DNA of 64,000 nucleotides from Lama glama (Eukaryota): positions 101,496,001 through 101,560,000 of the forward strand of contig CM052817.1 of assembly GCA_028534125.1 (NCBI GenBank), in the 5' to 3' direction. Position 1 is the stretch's first letter, and each line of letters begins with the position of its first letter. The position numbers and the translations under genes are program-made. Below the pieces are notes generated by a model. That model was not told where the DNA came from and did not search any database. It saw only the letters and a program-made list of their open reading frames with translations. Below are positions 11,048 through 23,531 of this stretch, in pieces.

Positions 11048-12996
11048 AATGGAGACTCGCTGACTCGCTCCTGAGCCCTCCTGAGGGTCCCCTCACCTCT
11101 TTTCCCTGTGCCCTCCCCCAACTCTGGGGCTCCTAGGAAACACCTTTGGTACTGAGCTGGTGTCCTGTGAAGCCACTGGCTGGGACTGTCATTCTTTGAG
11201 CTGCACTTTCCAGGACTCCAGGGGCCGCAACAGGCCCCATGGGTTTTCTTTACCAACTCATTGAACCTGGCCTTTTGGTGGAATGGGTTTTATTTCTAAA
11301 TTATGTCTTTGTGTATCTGCAAGAGCACATCCAAGGGAGTTCTTTATTTTATTTACACAAAATGGTGGGCGCTAGAGACAAATTTTTTTGTGGGTTTTTT
11401 TTTGTTTTGTTTTTCCTTCTGGGAAGATTGAAGAATATTTCAGTATATACTGAGGCTTAGCAAATAGGCAAAACCTTGAAATCAAACCACAGTCCTTTGA
11501 TTTGTATTCAGAAAAATACAACCACCGAAGCCGCCGCTGGGCTGCGTGTGTTGTGTTGGGTCTGCGTGTGGAAGTATCTGAAACTGGTTTTATTGCCAGT
11601 TTAAACCCAGCAAATGAAGCGGCGTGGGTTGACTCGCATGCTGCAGCCGATCCCTAAGAGCCGTTTATTGGTTTGGTGGGAGAATCCTTCTGTTGCTTCC
11701 TGGAAGTGCTCGAATCACGAAAATGAGTCTCCTTCTGCTTCCGTGTGCTTTAGCTGCCATGATCTGGGTGTGTTAATAGCGCTCACGGAAGGAATAGTTG
11801 CTGTTACTGTGAATGTTAATACTTTATCTCTCCATCTACTTTGAGGATAAATGTCACATCCAAATTGCCTGTTAGTTTGACTTTCATGTAACTTAATTAG
11901 CAGATTTCATGTTTGGGGAAAATCTGATCTGTGATCTTGAAATTGGTTACGGTTGGCGTAATTCGTGGGCAATTAGGCGCCTTCGCAGTGACGACTCTGG
12001 TCATTAGAGGGCTGGGGTAATTTGAGGTTGAAATGTGAGAGTGAGGTGGAGAAAGCCCTTGCTCGCTAGTCCTTAATCTTATAATCCATTCAACCTGGGT
12101 TGTAAATTCAGGTTTCGTTTTAATTTGAAAGTGTGTTTAGGTAGTTGGGAAGGGGTTTCATTAATTGACCACATTTAGACCATAATTAAGGGAGGAAGGT
12201 ACTTCCCAATTGCCTAAGCTTCTTAAAGTTACCGTGGATACAGTAAGGGTCCATTAAAGTCATGTTGCTCCCCACTGGAAACTGAATTCCAGATGGAAAA
12301 AATGTGCCGAAAACCAAAGCACACAAGCACAACGAAGACAGAACGCAGTTCAGAGATGTGTCGTGGGCACTGTTTTGGAGAGTTCAGAAACATATTCGTG
12401 GCATGTGGAGCTGGGTTCATGGACGCTCAGATATCAGGTGACCTGGTCTCTGGCTGAGTTTAAGGACCGTCTCTCACTTAAACGCATACTATTTACATTT
12501 TCTTTTTATTTCTGCTTTTGAATTGGGGATAAAAAGGGAAACTGGAGAAGGAGAGAGATGCTTCAGGAGACCTGCACACCTGGGATATTGACTAATAAAA
12601 GGAGAGAAGGGGGAGGTAAGTGGAATAGGATACTGGGATGAGGGAAAAAACATCTAGAGATTTTGGACTGTGTTTTTTGTCTATGCCCCCTTCCCTTTGG
12701 GATTTTGATCAGGTAGGTGGTAATTATAGGTGTTGATCATATGAAACTAAATCTCAGTCTTCTGTATTGTTTTCTTAGTGAACCATGTCGCTTTTCTGTC
12801 TCTCTCTAAAATCATTCAGGTGGTTAGTAAAAATCACTCTTACTCCTTTAAGTCTGTTTCGGGACAGCTTTATTTTGTCACATTAGTCGTTTTCTTCCAG
12901 GTTGTATGATTTGTGCATTTATTATTTTTTAAACATACTGAAAACCCTCCATATATATTTAATATAGTTATTCTCTGTATTGCCTTTTAAGTAATA

Positions 12997-13457
12997 TAGG
13001 TGGTCTCCGACATGGAATCGTTCAACTTTATAAAGGTTCAACTTCACGATGGTGCAAAAGCGATATGCACTCAGGAGACGTCATGTGTGGAGCTTGGAAT
13101 TTGCGTCTTTTCCCGGGCTAGCGATGTGTGATCTGATCCTCTCGTGTAGTGCTGGGCTCCCAGTCAGCCAGGCGATCACGAGCAAACAACCGATATACAC
13201 TGACAGTCATTCTGTTTTCCACTTTCAGGGCGGTATTTAGTCAGTGGCATGGGATAGTCAACACTTTATCAGCTCTGTTTTAGGTGATTTTGCCCAAACT
13301 GTAGGCCAGCGTAAGTGTCTGAAGTATGTTTAAGGCAGGCTGCACCAAGCTAGGTGTTCAGTGTTCAGTGTATGAAATGCATTTTTGACTTAACGATACT
13401 TTCAGCGTGTGGTGGGTTTGTCTGGACATAACCCTGTGGTATATTGAGGAAGAGCTG
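12997..13457 (-). mobile_element. Tigger-family MITE (MER47/Tigger5-like)
   Basis: TA target duplication at 12995-12996 and 13458-13459; internal 'tgcatttttgacttaacgatactttcagc..tgggtttgtctggacataaccc'. Confidence 0.75.
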
Positions 13458-13960
13458 TACTTTCGTGGAGTGCTACTATTTTGTAGAGTACTTTTTTTTT
13501 TAAGGTTTCTTTTGTTTTCCCAAATAAACGCTTTTAGTATCCAGAAGTTATTCAGACTATTAGAGTATGTGGGTTTTCTAAACTTAACCACTTTTGAGGC
13601 ATTTATCCTATGATGTCTAGTTTTAGATATATTTGGTGGTTCTTCGCACATGTTACTTCTACTGTAAAACAGAATCCTGAGCACGAGACTTTAGCATACT
13701 TCTTATTATAGTAAATAAGTATTTAGCTTAATTTTAATGGAAATTGAAGTGCTGAAGCGGTAAGTCTGTTCTGGCCTTCAGGGAGAGGGGCTGGAAGGGT
13801 AGGTGACCTGATTGGTTTACTTTGTGCTGCTGCACACGGGTGGCCACACCAACCTGCTGCCCTTGCGGCTGCGTCCTCCCAGAGGGGGCCTCTCATTCAG
13901 ATTTGTACAAAAGCACCATACGGGCAAGTCCTGACCTTGACTCCACTTGCTACCGTTTTT

Positions 13961-15126
13961 ATTTTATTTTTATTTTTTATTGAAGGATAGTTGATGTACA
14001 GTGTTGTATTAGTTTCTGGTGTACAGCATAGTGATTCAGTTATACATACATAACATACATATATATTCTTACTCATATTCTTTTTTATTATCGGTTATAC
14101 AATATATTGAATGTAGTTTCCTGTGCTGTATGATAGCACTTTGTTGTTTATTCTGTATACAGTAGTGTGTATCTGTTAATCCCAAACTCAGTTTATCCCT
14201 CCCCTTCTGACCTTTTTCCTTTGGTAGCCATAAATTTGTTTTCTATGTCTTTGAGTCTCTTTCTGTTTTGTAAATAAGTTCATTTGTGTCATTTTTAAAG
14301 AATTTACACATAAGTGATATCATATGATATTTGTCTCTCTGTCCAACTTACCTCACTAAGTGTAATATTTTCTAGGTCCATCCATGTTGCTGCAAGTGGC
14401 ATTATTTCATTCTTTTTTATGGCTGAGTAGTATTCCATTGTGTGTATATGTGTGTGTGTGGGTATATGTGTATATATATATATGTACACCACAACTTTGT
14501 TATCCAGTCAGTGAACATTTAGGTTGCTTCCATGTCTTGGCTATTGTTGCTGTGAACATTGGGGTGCATGTATTTTTTCGAATTGGAGTTTTCTCTGGAT
14601 ATATGCCCAGGAGTGGGATTACCTCGTTTTTTAAGGACTCTCCATACTGTTTTCCATAATGGCGGCACCAGTTTGCATCCCCATCAGCAGTGTAGGAGGG
14701 GTTCCTTTCTCCACATTCTCTCCAGCATTTATCATTTGTGAGCTTTTTAACAATGGCCATTCTGATCAGTGTGAGGTGATTACTTTATTGTAGTTTTGAT
14801 TCGCATTTCTCTGATAATTAGCGATACTGAGCATCTTTTCATGTGCTGGTTGCCCATCTGCATGTTTTCATTGGAGAATGTCTGTTTAACTCTTCTGCCC
14901 ATTTTTTGAATGAGTTGTTTGTTTTTTTTGTTACTGAGTTGTATGAGCTGTTTGTATTTTCTGGAAGTTAAGCCCTTGTCAGTCGCATCATTTGCAAATG
15001 TTTTCTCCCTGTCTGCGGGTTGCCTTTTTTGTTTTGTTTATGGTTTCCTTTGCTGTGCAAAAAGCTTATACATTTAATTAGGTTCCGTTTGTTTATTTTT
15101 GCTTTTATTTCTGTTGCCTTGGGAAA
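13961..15126 (-). mobile_element. L1 (3' UTR plus ORF2 C-terminus), 5'-truncated
   Basis: ORF2 relics (MEYYSAIKKNEIMPLAATWMDLE; CWRECGE..TCTPMFTATIAKTWKQPKC) and TSD tgctac(c/a)gttttt at 13948 and 15127. Confidence 0.95.
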
Positions 15127-16322
15127 TGCTACAGTTTTTACTATACTGGGCATGTATCCCTTTTGTAGCCTAAAAAATTCACTTGGATATTAAATTAAAA
15201 TTAATTTTTAAAACTAAGCATGCTGGTTTTCCTACACAGTTTCCAGCATAGAACACGCGGCTGTGTATTCTCACCTGGTCTGTGTGACCTTGTAGAGCGG
15301 ACCTTGGCTGGAAGATGAGGGCAGTGAAACCAGGATTCTGGGTGTAGACAACGGACAGTAATCAAATGTTTCACATTTCTGGTTGTTTTTCTAAGTATCA
15401 GCTTATTTAATTCAGGGACCCTCCCAAGAGAAAGTGACCATCTCGCCATTTCATTGTGACCGCAGAGACTCGTGCCTCTCAGTTCTTCCACGGCTGCGAA
15501 GTGGTGGAGCTGAGCCCGGGATCAAACCACTGGACTCGGATTTCTCACGTCAAAAGGCATAAAAGGACTAGAAAGTTCTCCCTTGTGCTCATTTCTTTCT
15601 TTAGTTTCCCTCTGTTTTAACATGAGTAGAACAAGAAACACAAGGTGGGCAAGTGCCATTTATTTCCATGTATTGAAATGTTGTTAATCCGTGTAACAAA
15701 ATGCAGTATTGAGTTATGAAAACTTTGACCCAAAGATTATTTAAAAGAACAGTTTTTTTTAAAAGTACATCATTTAGCTCCAGCGAGCTGATCAAAACAT
15801 CCATGAGGATGGTGCCTTACCATTAACATATTGGTCTGATTGTAGGTAATTCTTATTAGTTAAATGCATAGTATTATTTTTCTCTTCAGTTCGCTTGGGA
15901 TTGAAAATAGTGAGAGCTTGTTGAAAATTTGTTTTTTCACTCATCCTCATCCAAATCATTTCATTTTCCATGTTGGAGAGATTTTCAAAGGCTATTTTGA
16001 ATCTCTACAGTTACAAATATGCACAAAACTTTGCTTAAGTCATTGTTTGAGTCCCAAGGTTATGCGGAAAGTATCTCAGAGTTACCAGATTGGACCTGGG
16101 GAAAATGAATATTCTGCTGTGATCAGTGATGAAAAGACAATATTCCAGTAATAGGAACCGGCATTGCGTGTTACTAGAAAACTCGTAAGCGCTGATTAAA
16201 CTAGGACGTTATAAACACAGGCTCTGCTCTCAAGGGCTGTAGATAACGTTTTTAAGAGAAGGAATGTGTGACTTTGGCGACACATAATGTGTGTTTATGA
16301 GCTGGGTTTTCAGTTTGGTTCT

Positions 16323-16414
16323 TTTTTGTGTGGGGGTTTTATTTAATTAATTTTTTATTGAAGTGCAGTCAATTACAGCGTGTCAATCTCTGGGACATTG
16401 TGCTGTACACCAGG
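16323..16414 (-). mobile_element. Micro L1 3' end with 5' inversion
   Basis: TSD gtttggttct at 16313-16322 and 16415-16424; see findings. Confidence 0.8.
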
Positions 16415-16754
16415 GTTTGGTTCTCTTTACTTACATCTTTGGCTTCGTAGGATGTTGGGTTGGGGCTAGGGGAGGGAGAACAGACCAGGAAGCTGGGCAG
16501 AGGTCGGGGGTGTGGAGGGGTCCTGGATGAGAGGAATCCTGGGTGGGAGGGTGGGCGGTGGGTGGAGTGGAGGAGACAGCTGGTGAGGAGGGGCCCAGGA
16601 CGGTAGGAACTGAGCCAGGCTCAGGCCCTTCCTGTCAGGTTTCTGAGGTGGTTGTGGGCAGAGCTATGAAATAAGATGTGAAACTCCTGCGGAGGTGGGA
16701 AGGATGACCTGAGACAGGGCGTGACTTCTAACCTTGTGGTAGGGTCGTAGGTCC

Positions 16755-17215
16755 GTGGCTGAAAAGTGTGCTTGGAGCCAGACCATCTGGGTTGGGAGCT
16801 GACTTCCTACTTCTTAGCAAGTTGCCAGAGCTCTCTGTGCCTCAGTTTCCCCTTCTCTAAAACATGTGGATTGTGAATAGTTCTTACCACAGAGCTTGTA
16901 AGAAACAGGTAAGTAAGCGTAAGTGCTCCAGTATCACCTGCTGTGAGACTGAGGAGGTTGTCATCGTTTTAGTTGTGGCCCCCGTGGCACATCCAGGGAC
17001 CCTGCTCCGACCTGCACCCTTTCCCTTCTCCAGGGGAGAATCCTGTTTTTTAGAAATTGTTGCTTTTGAGAAGCCAGAATTACTGTGAGTAGGGCCCCTG
17101 CCTCTGTGACTTACCAGCTGTATGATCTTGAGCCTCAGTTTTCTCATCTGTAAAATTGGGACAGTAATTGTACCTGTAGCACAGTCACAGGATTATGTGA
17201 GGATTAAAGGTGTTC
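16755..17215 (+). mobile_element. Two MIR fragments
   Basis: MIR cores 'ctctctgtgcctcagtttcccc' (~16830) and 'tgagcctcagttttctcatctgtaaaattggg' (~17130). Confidence 0.75.
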
Positions 17216-17484
17216 TGGGTAAAAGAAACTCTTCAGAGTGGAGTAGGCCGTCAGCAGCACATATCAAAGTGTGTGTGTGCTTTAAAGAAGTTAGACTGCT
17301 TCTTAAAGAAACAGTAGGCTAAGTTTACAAAGATATCCTTAAAAGGATGTTTATCTTTCTGTGCTGGGAAAAAATTAGAAACAACCTATATGGTCAACAG
17401 TACATCCATGTAGGTAATGTTATAGTGAAATATTTGAGAGAGAAAGATGTTTATGATAATGAATTTTTAATAGAAAAAGTTATA

Positions 17485-17597
17485 GGCAGATGTTAACTTT
17501 TGTGATGATCATTTTGTAATACACACAATATCAACACATTATGTTGTATACCTGAAACTAATCTAATAATGTTATATATCAGTTGTACTTCAGTAAT
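17485..17597 (+). mobile_element. L1 3' end fragment
   Basis: 'gtgatgatcattttgtaat..ttatgttgtatacctgaaactaat..atgttatatatcagttgtacttca'. Confidence 0.75.
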
Positions 17598-17729
17598 GAA
17601 ATCATTTATCTTCAAGGGGGATGTTGACTGAGTGGGTCTGTGCCAGGTTCTATGATAGGGCTACCCATATGTTTGTTTTATCTTTGTAACAGTTCCCAGG
17701 GATGCTATTCAAATCCGGGAACTACCAGA

Positions 17730-17936
17730 GGTGGGGTGGGGTGGGGTGGGTATAGCTTGGTGATGGGGAGCATGGTTAACATTCACAAGGTCCTGGGTTC
17801 AATTCCCGGTACCTCCATTTGAAAAATAAATAAATAAATAAATAAAATTTTCCATTTAAAATAATTAAGTAAATAATTTAGTAAGTTAAATACTTTAATA
17901 AACCAAATAAACAAAAAAAGTTAAAGAGAAGAAACA
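17730..17936 (+). mobile_element. Camelid tRNA-SINE with long A-rich tail
   Basis: 'gggtatagcttggtg..aggtcctgggttcaattcccggtacctcc'; TSD gaactacc at 17719-17726 and 17937-17944. Confidence 0.9.
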
Positions 17937-18859
17937 GAACTACCTGTATGGCACTGCACAGACAGACAGAATTGCTTGTGCAGTCGGGAAGAATGCACTT
18001 GAAGCTGTTCAGTGTTTTCACTTGGTCGTGAAATGTTATTTTTGCTTCTTATGCCGTAAGGTACATGAGAAAATAAGGCGTCTTGGCTTAGGGAGACTCA
18101 GGATAAAGAGGGAAGCTGACTGAGAAATAGCTACCCGGAGTGCCTGATACCATCTGCACGCCAGGGCTGGGCTCCCACGGAGGTTGTTAGCACCCAGTCA
18201 TGGACCACCCAGTTGGAGACCTCGCTGAAGGCTGTCCCACCTGGAGAGTGGAAACTTGTCTTCTTGCAGATGAGGGTTCTGAGGCCTTGGGAAAGGGGAA
18301 ACTCTGCAGAGCTGTTTAGTGACTAGGAGCTGGGGTTGTGGAGGTGGGGCTGTGGCGTAGGGGAGCTGGGGTAGAGCTGACAGCCTCAGGTGGGTGGGGA
18401 TGAGGCTCTGGACACGGGCTCTGACCTGGGCAGTGGGCTCTGGGGGCACCTGCTCTGCCAGGCGTCTCCCCTTTACTTGCTCAGTCCTGGGGAGGTGGGA
18501 GGGGTCCTGGGGGAGGAGTAGCAGCTCTCTACCCAACAAGTGTGAAACTGCTGCAGCCTGTTAAAAGGATGTGGCTGCCCTGCTGCCTAGGGAGAGGGTG
18601 GTGGCCCTGGCCAGAGAAGTCTGAAGGCTAATTCCTCCAGGGCCTGGCCAGCAGGGCTTGTGATGCCAAGCCAGCTGCGCTCCGGGGAGGGGTACCGGAA
18701 ATTGGAAAGTGGCTGGTTGCAGAGAATCCCATTCAGAGTCAGGGTAGCCACATGGATGGGGGTATGGATTTAGTGGATGGCAATTCCTTAGAAAGATAAC
18801 AAATAGTACTTGCCTTGAAGCTTGGCCTAAACCACAGTTTCAAAAAATAAAACATTTTA

Positions 18860-18983
18860 GAGGGGAGGGTATAGCTCAGTGGTAAAGTGCATGTCTAGCA
18901 TGCACGAGGTCCTGAGTTCAATCCCCAGTACCTCCGTTAAAATAAACAAACAAATAAACCTAATTACCCCCTTCCCTCCAAAT
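18860..18983 (+). mobile_element. Camelid tRNA-SINE, full length
   Basis: Intact A and B boxes; 14-bp TSD aaaataaaacattt at 18844-18857 and 18984-18997. Confidence 0.95.
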
Positions 18984-21479
18984 AAAATAAAACATTTAAA
19001 ATCACTGAGTGCTTTGTTGAAGAAGAATTTTCTGTAGAAGCCTGGTGTACAAACCATACATGCAGGCTGCTCTGTTACGCCAGGGATGGGGAGGTCCACT
19101 GAGGCAAAGGGATATTTTCCTTTCAAGGACCTCCCTCTGCCCATCTCATTAGGCCGACCCTGTCCCCCAGCCCCAGAGGCTGATCTCAGTTCATCTCAAT
19201 CAGTCCCCTCTGCACAGATGTGTGTGTGTAGTGTGACTACAACAGTGTCACGCTGGTTCCCTCGCTTTCGCCAGCGGGTGATTTAGTATTGGCCATTCTG
19301 AAGACAGTTTTGAAGGGAGTGTAGCTTGAGGACTCTGGGGAAGGTTTTTCTGGCCTCTGAAGAACCCTAGTGAGGATGTGAGGCTGAGGGACCGGCCAGG
19401 TGGGAAGATGCCACAACGCTATGACGTCACTGAGCTGCGGAGTCAACTGGCCCCAGAACCGTCCGCCCCAGGACGTGGGCTCATTGGAGTCACAGGAGAG
19501 AAATACCCTCATTCACCTTGTTCTGAGCTAGGCCTTGTGATGCTCGAAGCGCAGAACAGCCTGTCACACCTGCGTTTTCAGCACCTCTCCCTCAGCCCCC
19601 GAGATAAACTGGTCAGAAACCTGTAACTCTCCAGCCCAGTTTGAAACGCTATGCTCCATAGAATCATCTACCTGGAGACTTAATTTGTTTAAATTAGATC
19701 TTACATTTTATGTTATTCATACTTTCAAAGATACATTTTTGATGTCTGCCTCTCAGGTCAGGCATTTTCCACATCACAGTGGAACGACGGCTGTAGGTGC
19801 TTCTTTGTCCTGTTCTGGAAAATAAAGTTATTTGTGTGTTCACCTCTCAGACTTGAAATTAGAAATTACTGGCAAACATGGGTGTCTGGCTCTTTTTTTT
19901 TTTTAAATCACAGACTATCCTCTTTTCCACTTTTCATCTGTGTTCACCAAGATACCTCTAAAATGCAGAAGTACGTAAATTTTTCTTCTTCTCATGAAAA
20001 AGTTCAAAGAGAAAGAAGACTTGGAAGAACTGTAGAGTGAACATCCAGTTCCACATCTGGATTCAGCTTCTGTTGACATCCTGAAAGCTGTTGATAGGAG
20101 AGGCCAGCGTTTCAGCATTTTGAAGTTTCTGTCTTAAAGAAAAACTGCTCCGTTGCCTTCTCTGCCTTTTTATGCTGTCAGATTTAAGGCATGGCTCCTT
20201 TTCTGTCTGCCTGCCGCTCTCCGAATTTATGTAAGTTGCAAGAGGCGGCTGGAAGAAGGGGGGGGGCCAGGGAGAGACGGGGTGCTGTCTTTATGCACAC
20301 ACATTGCTCAGGGGGCCTGAGCAGAGACAGGGGTGCTGAGGGGTCCTGTGCAGGGAACCCTTTTCCTTCAGCCCTTTATGTGCTTTAGCCCCTCAAGAGG
20401 ATGGAGAGACAGCAAGGGGCCCTCCCCTACTAGGCACTGTTTCTAAAAGTCCACTTTGGGCAGAGAAGCAGGGCTGCGGCCGCAGAGCTGGGGGCCAAGG
20501 CCAGCTCTTCCCAATCTCCCACTCATTTCCGGCTCGCTGTTTAATTTGAAATCCTGGAACATGTGTTTCAGTGAATTGGTTCATAAATTTTTTTTTCAAG
20601 ATTCTGGAGTAGAGGCTGCACATTCCTTAGTACAACATCCATGGATAAGTGCACTATGTGAGAGAGAGAGAGAGTGTTTAGTATGTCGTTTTGGAGGTGC
20701 GCAGTGCGGTTGAGTGTGAATACGATTCTTTTAAACTCTGTCTTCACAATGTGCAGACTGTTTTCTCCCTTAGTATTTATGCCGAGTGTGAACAAGGAAG
20801 AGCTGAGACCCTGTGGTCCTCTGGGACCCCAGGATCTTCTCCCTTGGCCCTTCTGGGCAAGGCTGGGCCTCCCACTTGCTCTCATCTCTTTCTGTTTCAA
20901 TCTCTTTGGAAATGAGTAATTAGAAGCTGGAAATTGAGAAGCTGCCATTTAGAAGTTTATACAACATATGCAAGAGAGAGTCTCTTCCAAACTTTGCAGT
21001 TATATCAACTTGGAGTTTTTGCCAGCCCTTCTTAGGGAAAAAGATAAATAAATAAAAAAACGGCTGGAATTAAGAGAAGCCTCCCAGTCCTGCACAGAAG
21101 GGCTCGTCCTGCATTGCAGGGTGTGAGCCTGCATTGTTTTTGTTGTCTTTTTCTTGGAATGCAGTCTTTCATCAAGAGCGTGGACTGCCTCTTATTTTCC
21201 AAATCCTTTATCTGGTTTATCCTTGGCAGTTCTTTCTTTCTTTGGCAGCATTTAAACCTGGGTGAGGCCTGAATTCACAGTTTCTTGGCTCCAAGACTGC
21301 ACCTTCTACCTTTGCAGCACTGGTCCTGGGCCGTCCCTTTCCCCCAGGGGGCAATGCTCAGGTCTTAGGTGGGGTAGCTGACACAGGTCCTCCGGAGGTT
21401 TGGACGCTGCCCAGCGCCCCGCCCCCGCCCGCGGCAGCGCCCTGGGCAGCGTCACGCAGGCGGCTAGGGCCGGGCTGCA

Positions 21480-21800
21480 GCATCCTCTGCTGGAGTCTCA
21501 GGCATGACAGGAGTGGTCCAGCTCTCTGCCGATGAAGAAATAAATCCCTTTATAGCATCCTCTACACTTGATTGGTTTTTCAGCCTCAGCTTGGACACAT
21601 CAGGGATGGGAGTTCACGTCCTCAGAAGCTGACTTTCCATCGTTGGACCCCTCTCACGGTTAAGATGTCCCTGATGGGATTTCACACCTGCTGTCTTGGC
21701 TTTCCCAGGTGACCCCAGCTGCCTTCTGCAGCAGCGCAGAACAAGGCCACTCTCTGCCGGAGGGCAGACAGGTCTTCACAGGCTTGGAGACGGTCATCAG
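21480..21800 (-). mobile_element. CR1/L3 LINE 3' fragment
   Basis: 'cagcctcagcttggacacatcagggatgggagttcacgtcctcagaagc..ttccatcgttggac..ctctcacggttaag' resembles the reverse L3 3' end. Confidence 0.5.
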
Positions 21801-22342
21801 ACATTAGCTGTTGGTTGATTTTACCTAATTATTTTTCGAACATCGCCAAGCTAAATTATTCCTCATTTTTTTCAGTTCTTATGTTGGCTTGGTCAGAACT
21901 TTTGTTTTTAGATTGAGCTCAGCCAGTACTGGATGAAGGGAATCAGTTGAGATCCGAATGGTGCCATGTGTAGTGAACTCATTTCTTTTTTTGTCTGGAC
22001 TCTCCTTATTTTAACAAAGCCTAAGATTTCGTTAGCACTTCCGCACAGTTTCTTCCTACTTCGACCATGTGGATTTTATGGCCAAATGAAAACAAGGACA
22101 AATGCAAAAATAAACAAACAAACAGAAAACTCCAAACCCCTTAAGCCTTTCTTTTTCTCTTATCCTTTTTCTTCTTTTACCAATCTCTTTCTCTATATAC
22201 ACTCAGGTAGTTAATTGTCTTCTTTTAGAAAAAACAAACTTTATGTACTTATATTTGGTCTTGTTAAGGTTTCATCTTTTTCATCTTGTTGATTTGGACC
22301 TATATTGGCCTGTTGAGACCAGAGAAAAATACACATGCGCGT

Positions 22343-22367
22343 GCACACACACACACACACACACACA
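22343..22367 (+). repeat. (CA)n microsatellite
   Basis: Seen directly. Confidence 0.95.
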
Positions 22368-22934
22368 GAGGCACTTTTTCTCCTAATTGTGAAAATTGAG
22401 TCCTGAATGACCATGTGACTTAATCTCCTCTCTCCTCAAAACCTCATTAATATGATGGGAGATAAATTTAAAAGGTAGAGAAAGCCCATAGCAAACGTGT
22501 GTCTGGGAAAGGAGTTACCAGTTGATAAGAAATTTCAGAAAAAATTCTGGAAGATTGAAAATGGTTGAAGATGGTAAGTGATGAAGGAAACAGAGAAGGC
22601 CAACAACATGATGATGAAAATGGCCCACCATGTGTGTTGGACTTTCAGAACCGCAAGGATAAAGAGATGGTTTTTCTTGGGAGGTGAGTGGGGCTTGGTG
22701 GGGACTAGGTCGCTAAGGACGATGCCATGGGGGGACTTCTGGTCGACCCCGTTGGGTGCCTAATGAGGACATGGGACTAGAATGCCCACCCCATGAGGTT
22801 GTTGCAGGTATTAGATAATGCATGCAAAGCATCCAGTGGACTTTCTGGCACGTGGTAAGAACTGTCAGGTGAGTGTGCAGGTGTTACTGCTGCCCTTCCT
22901 GTCACCATGACTGCTGTGCCAGGGAAGAAGTGGG

Positions 22935-23330
22935 TCAGCTAGGATCAGGATCCGCTTTGCAAGACAGACAACCCAGTGGCATAAACAGAATGGAAATGGG
23001 GTAAACGAGGTATCTTTAGACTGCTTATCTGAGAGAGCCGTGGGCAGGCCAAGCCTGATGTGATGACGTCATGATCCCCAAGGTTGTGGCCCCTTTGTCT
23101 CCTAGCCTGAATTGACGCTCACCCTGCAGGGTCGGGTTCATATCTGCTCTAGGGAGGAGGGAGGAGCTGCAGTAGCATTTGGCCACCCTGCCTCACTTTA
23201 AGGTCACTTCCTGGAGGGAGCCCCCAAATTTCAACATACATCTCATTTCCAGAGCTTAGCCACATGACTGCATCTCAGTTGCAGGACAGGCGGGAAAAGA
23301 AGTCTGTTCTGCAGCCATGTGCCTAGTTAA
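22935..23330 (-). mobile_element. MaLR LTR (MLT1J-like)
   Basis: 'cagtggcataaacaga..catacatctcatttccagagcttagccacatgactgcatctcagttgca'. Confidence 0.6.
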
Positions 23331-23341
23331 GAATTGCTTTT

Positions 23342-23531
23342 AATACAAACCAGTATGTAGAGAATAAACAGGGTGCTACTGTATAGCACAGGGAACCAGA
23401 ATTAATGGCTTATAGTAACCTGTAATGAAAAAAATATGAAAAAGAATATATATATGTATAACTGAATCACTGTGCTGTATGCCAGAAACTAATACAACAT
23501 TGTAAATCAACTACAAAAAAAAAAAAAAAAG
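23342..23531 (+). mobile_element. L1 3' end
   Basis: 'ctactgtatagcacagggaac..aactgaatcactgtgctgtatgccagaaactaatacaacattgtaaatcaactac' plus poly-A; TSD-like (a/g)ga(a/g)ttgcttt. Confidence 0.9.

Noticed and set aside
13877..13892. CTCF-like cccagagggggc
   Set aside because: Several mismatches in the core, and it is probably part of an old MER fragment.
14304..15153. ORFs resembling a protein (also 29923, 34153, 35460, 55353)
   Set aside because: Fragmented L1 ORF2 C-terminal relics, not host genes.
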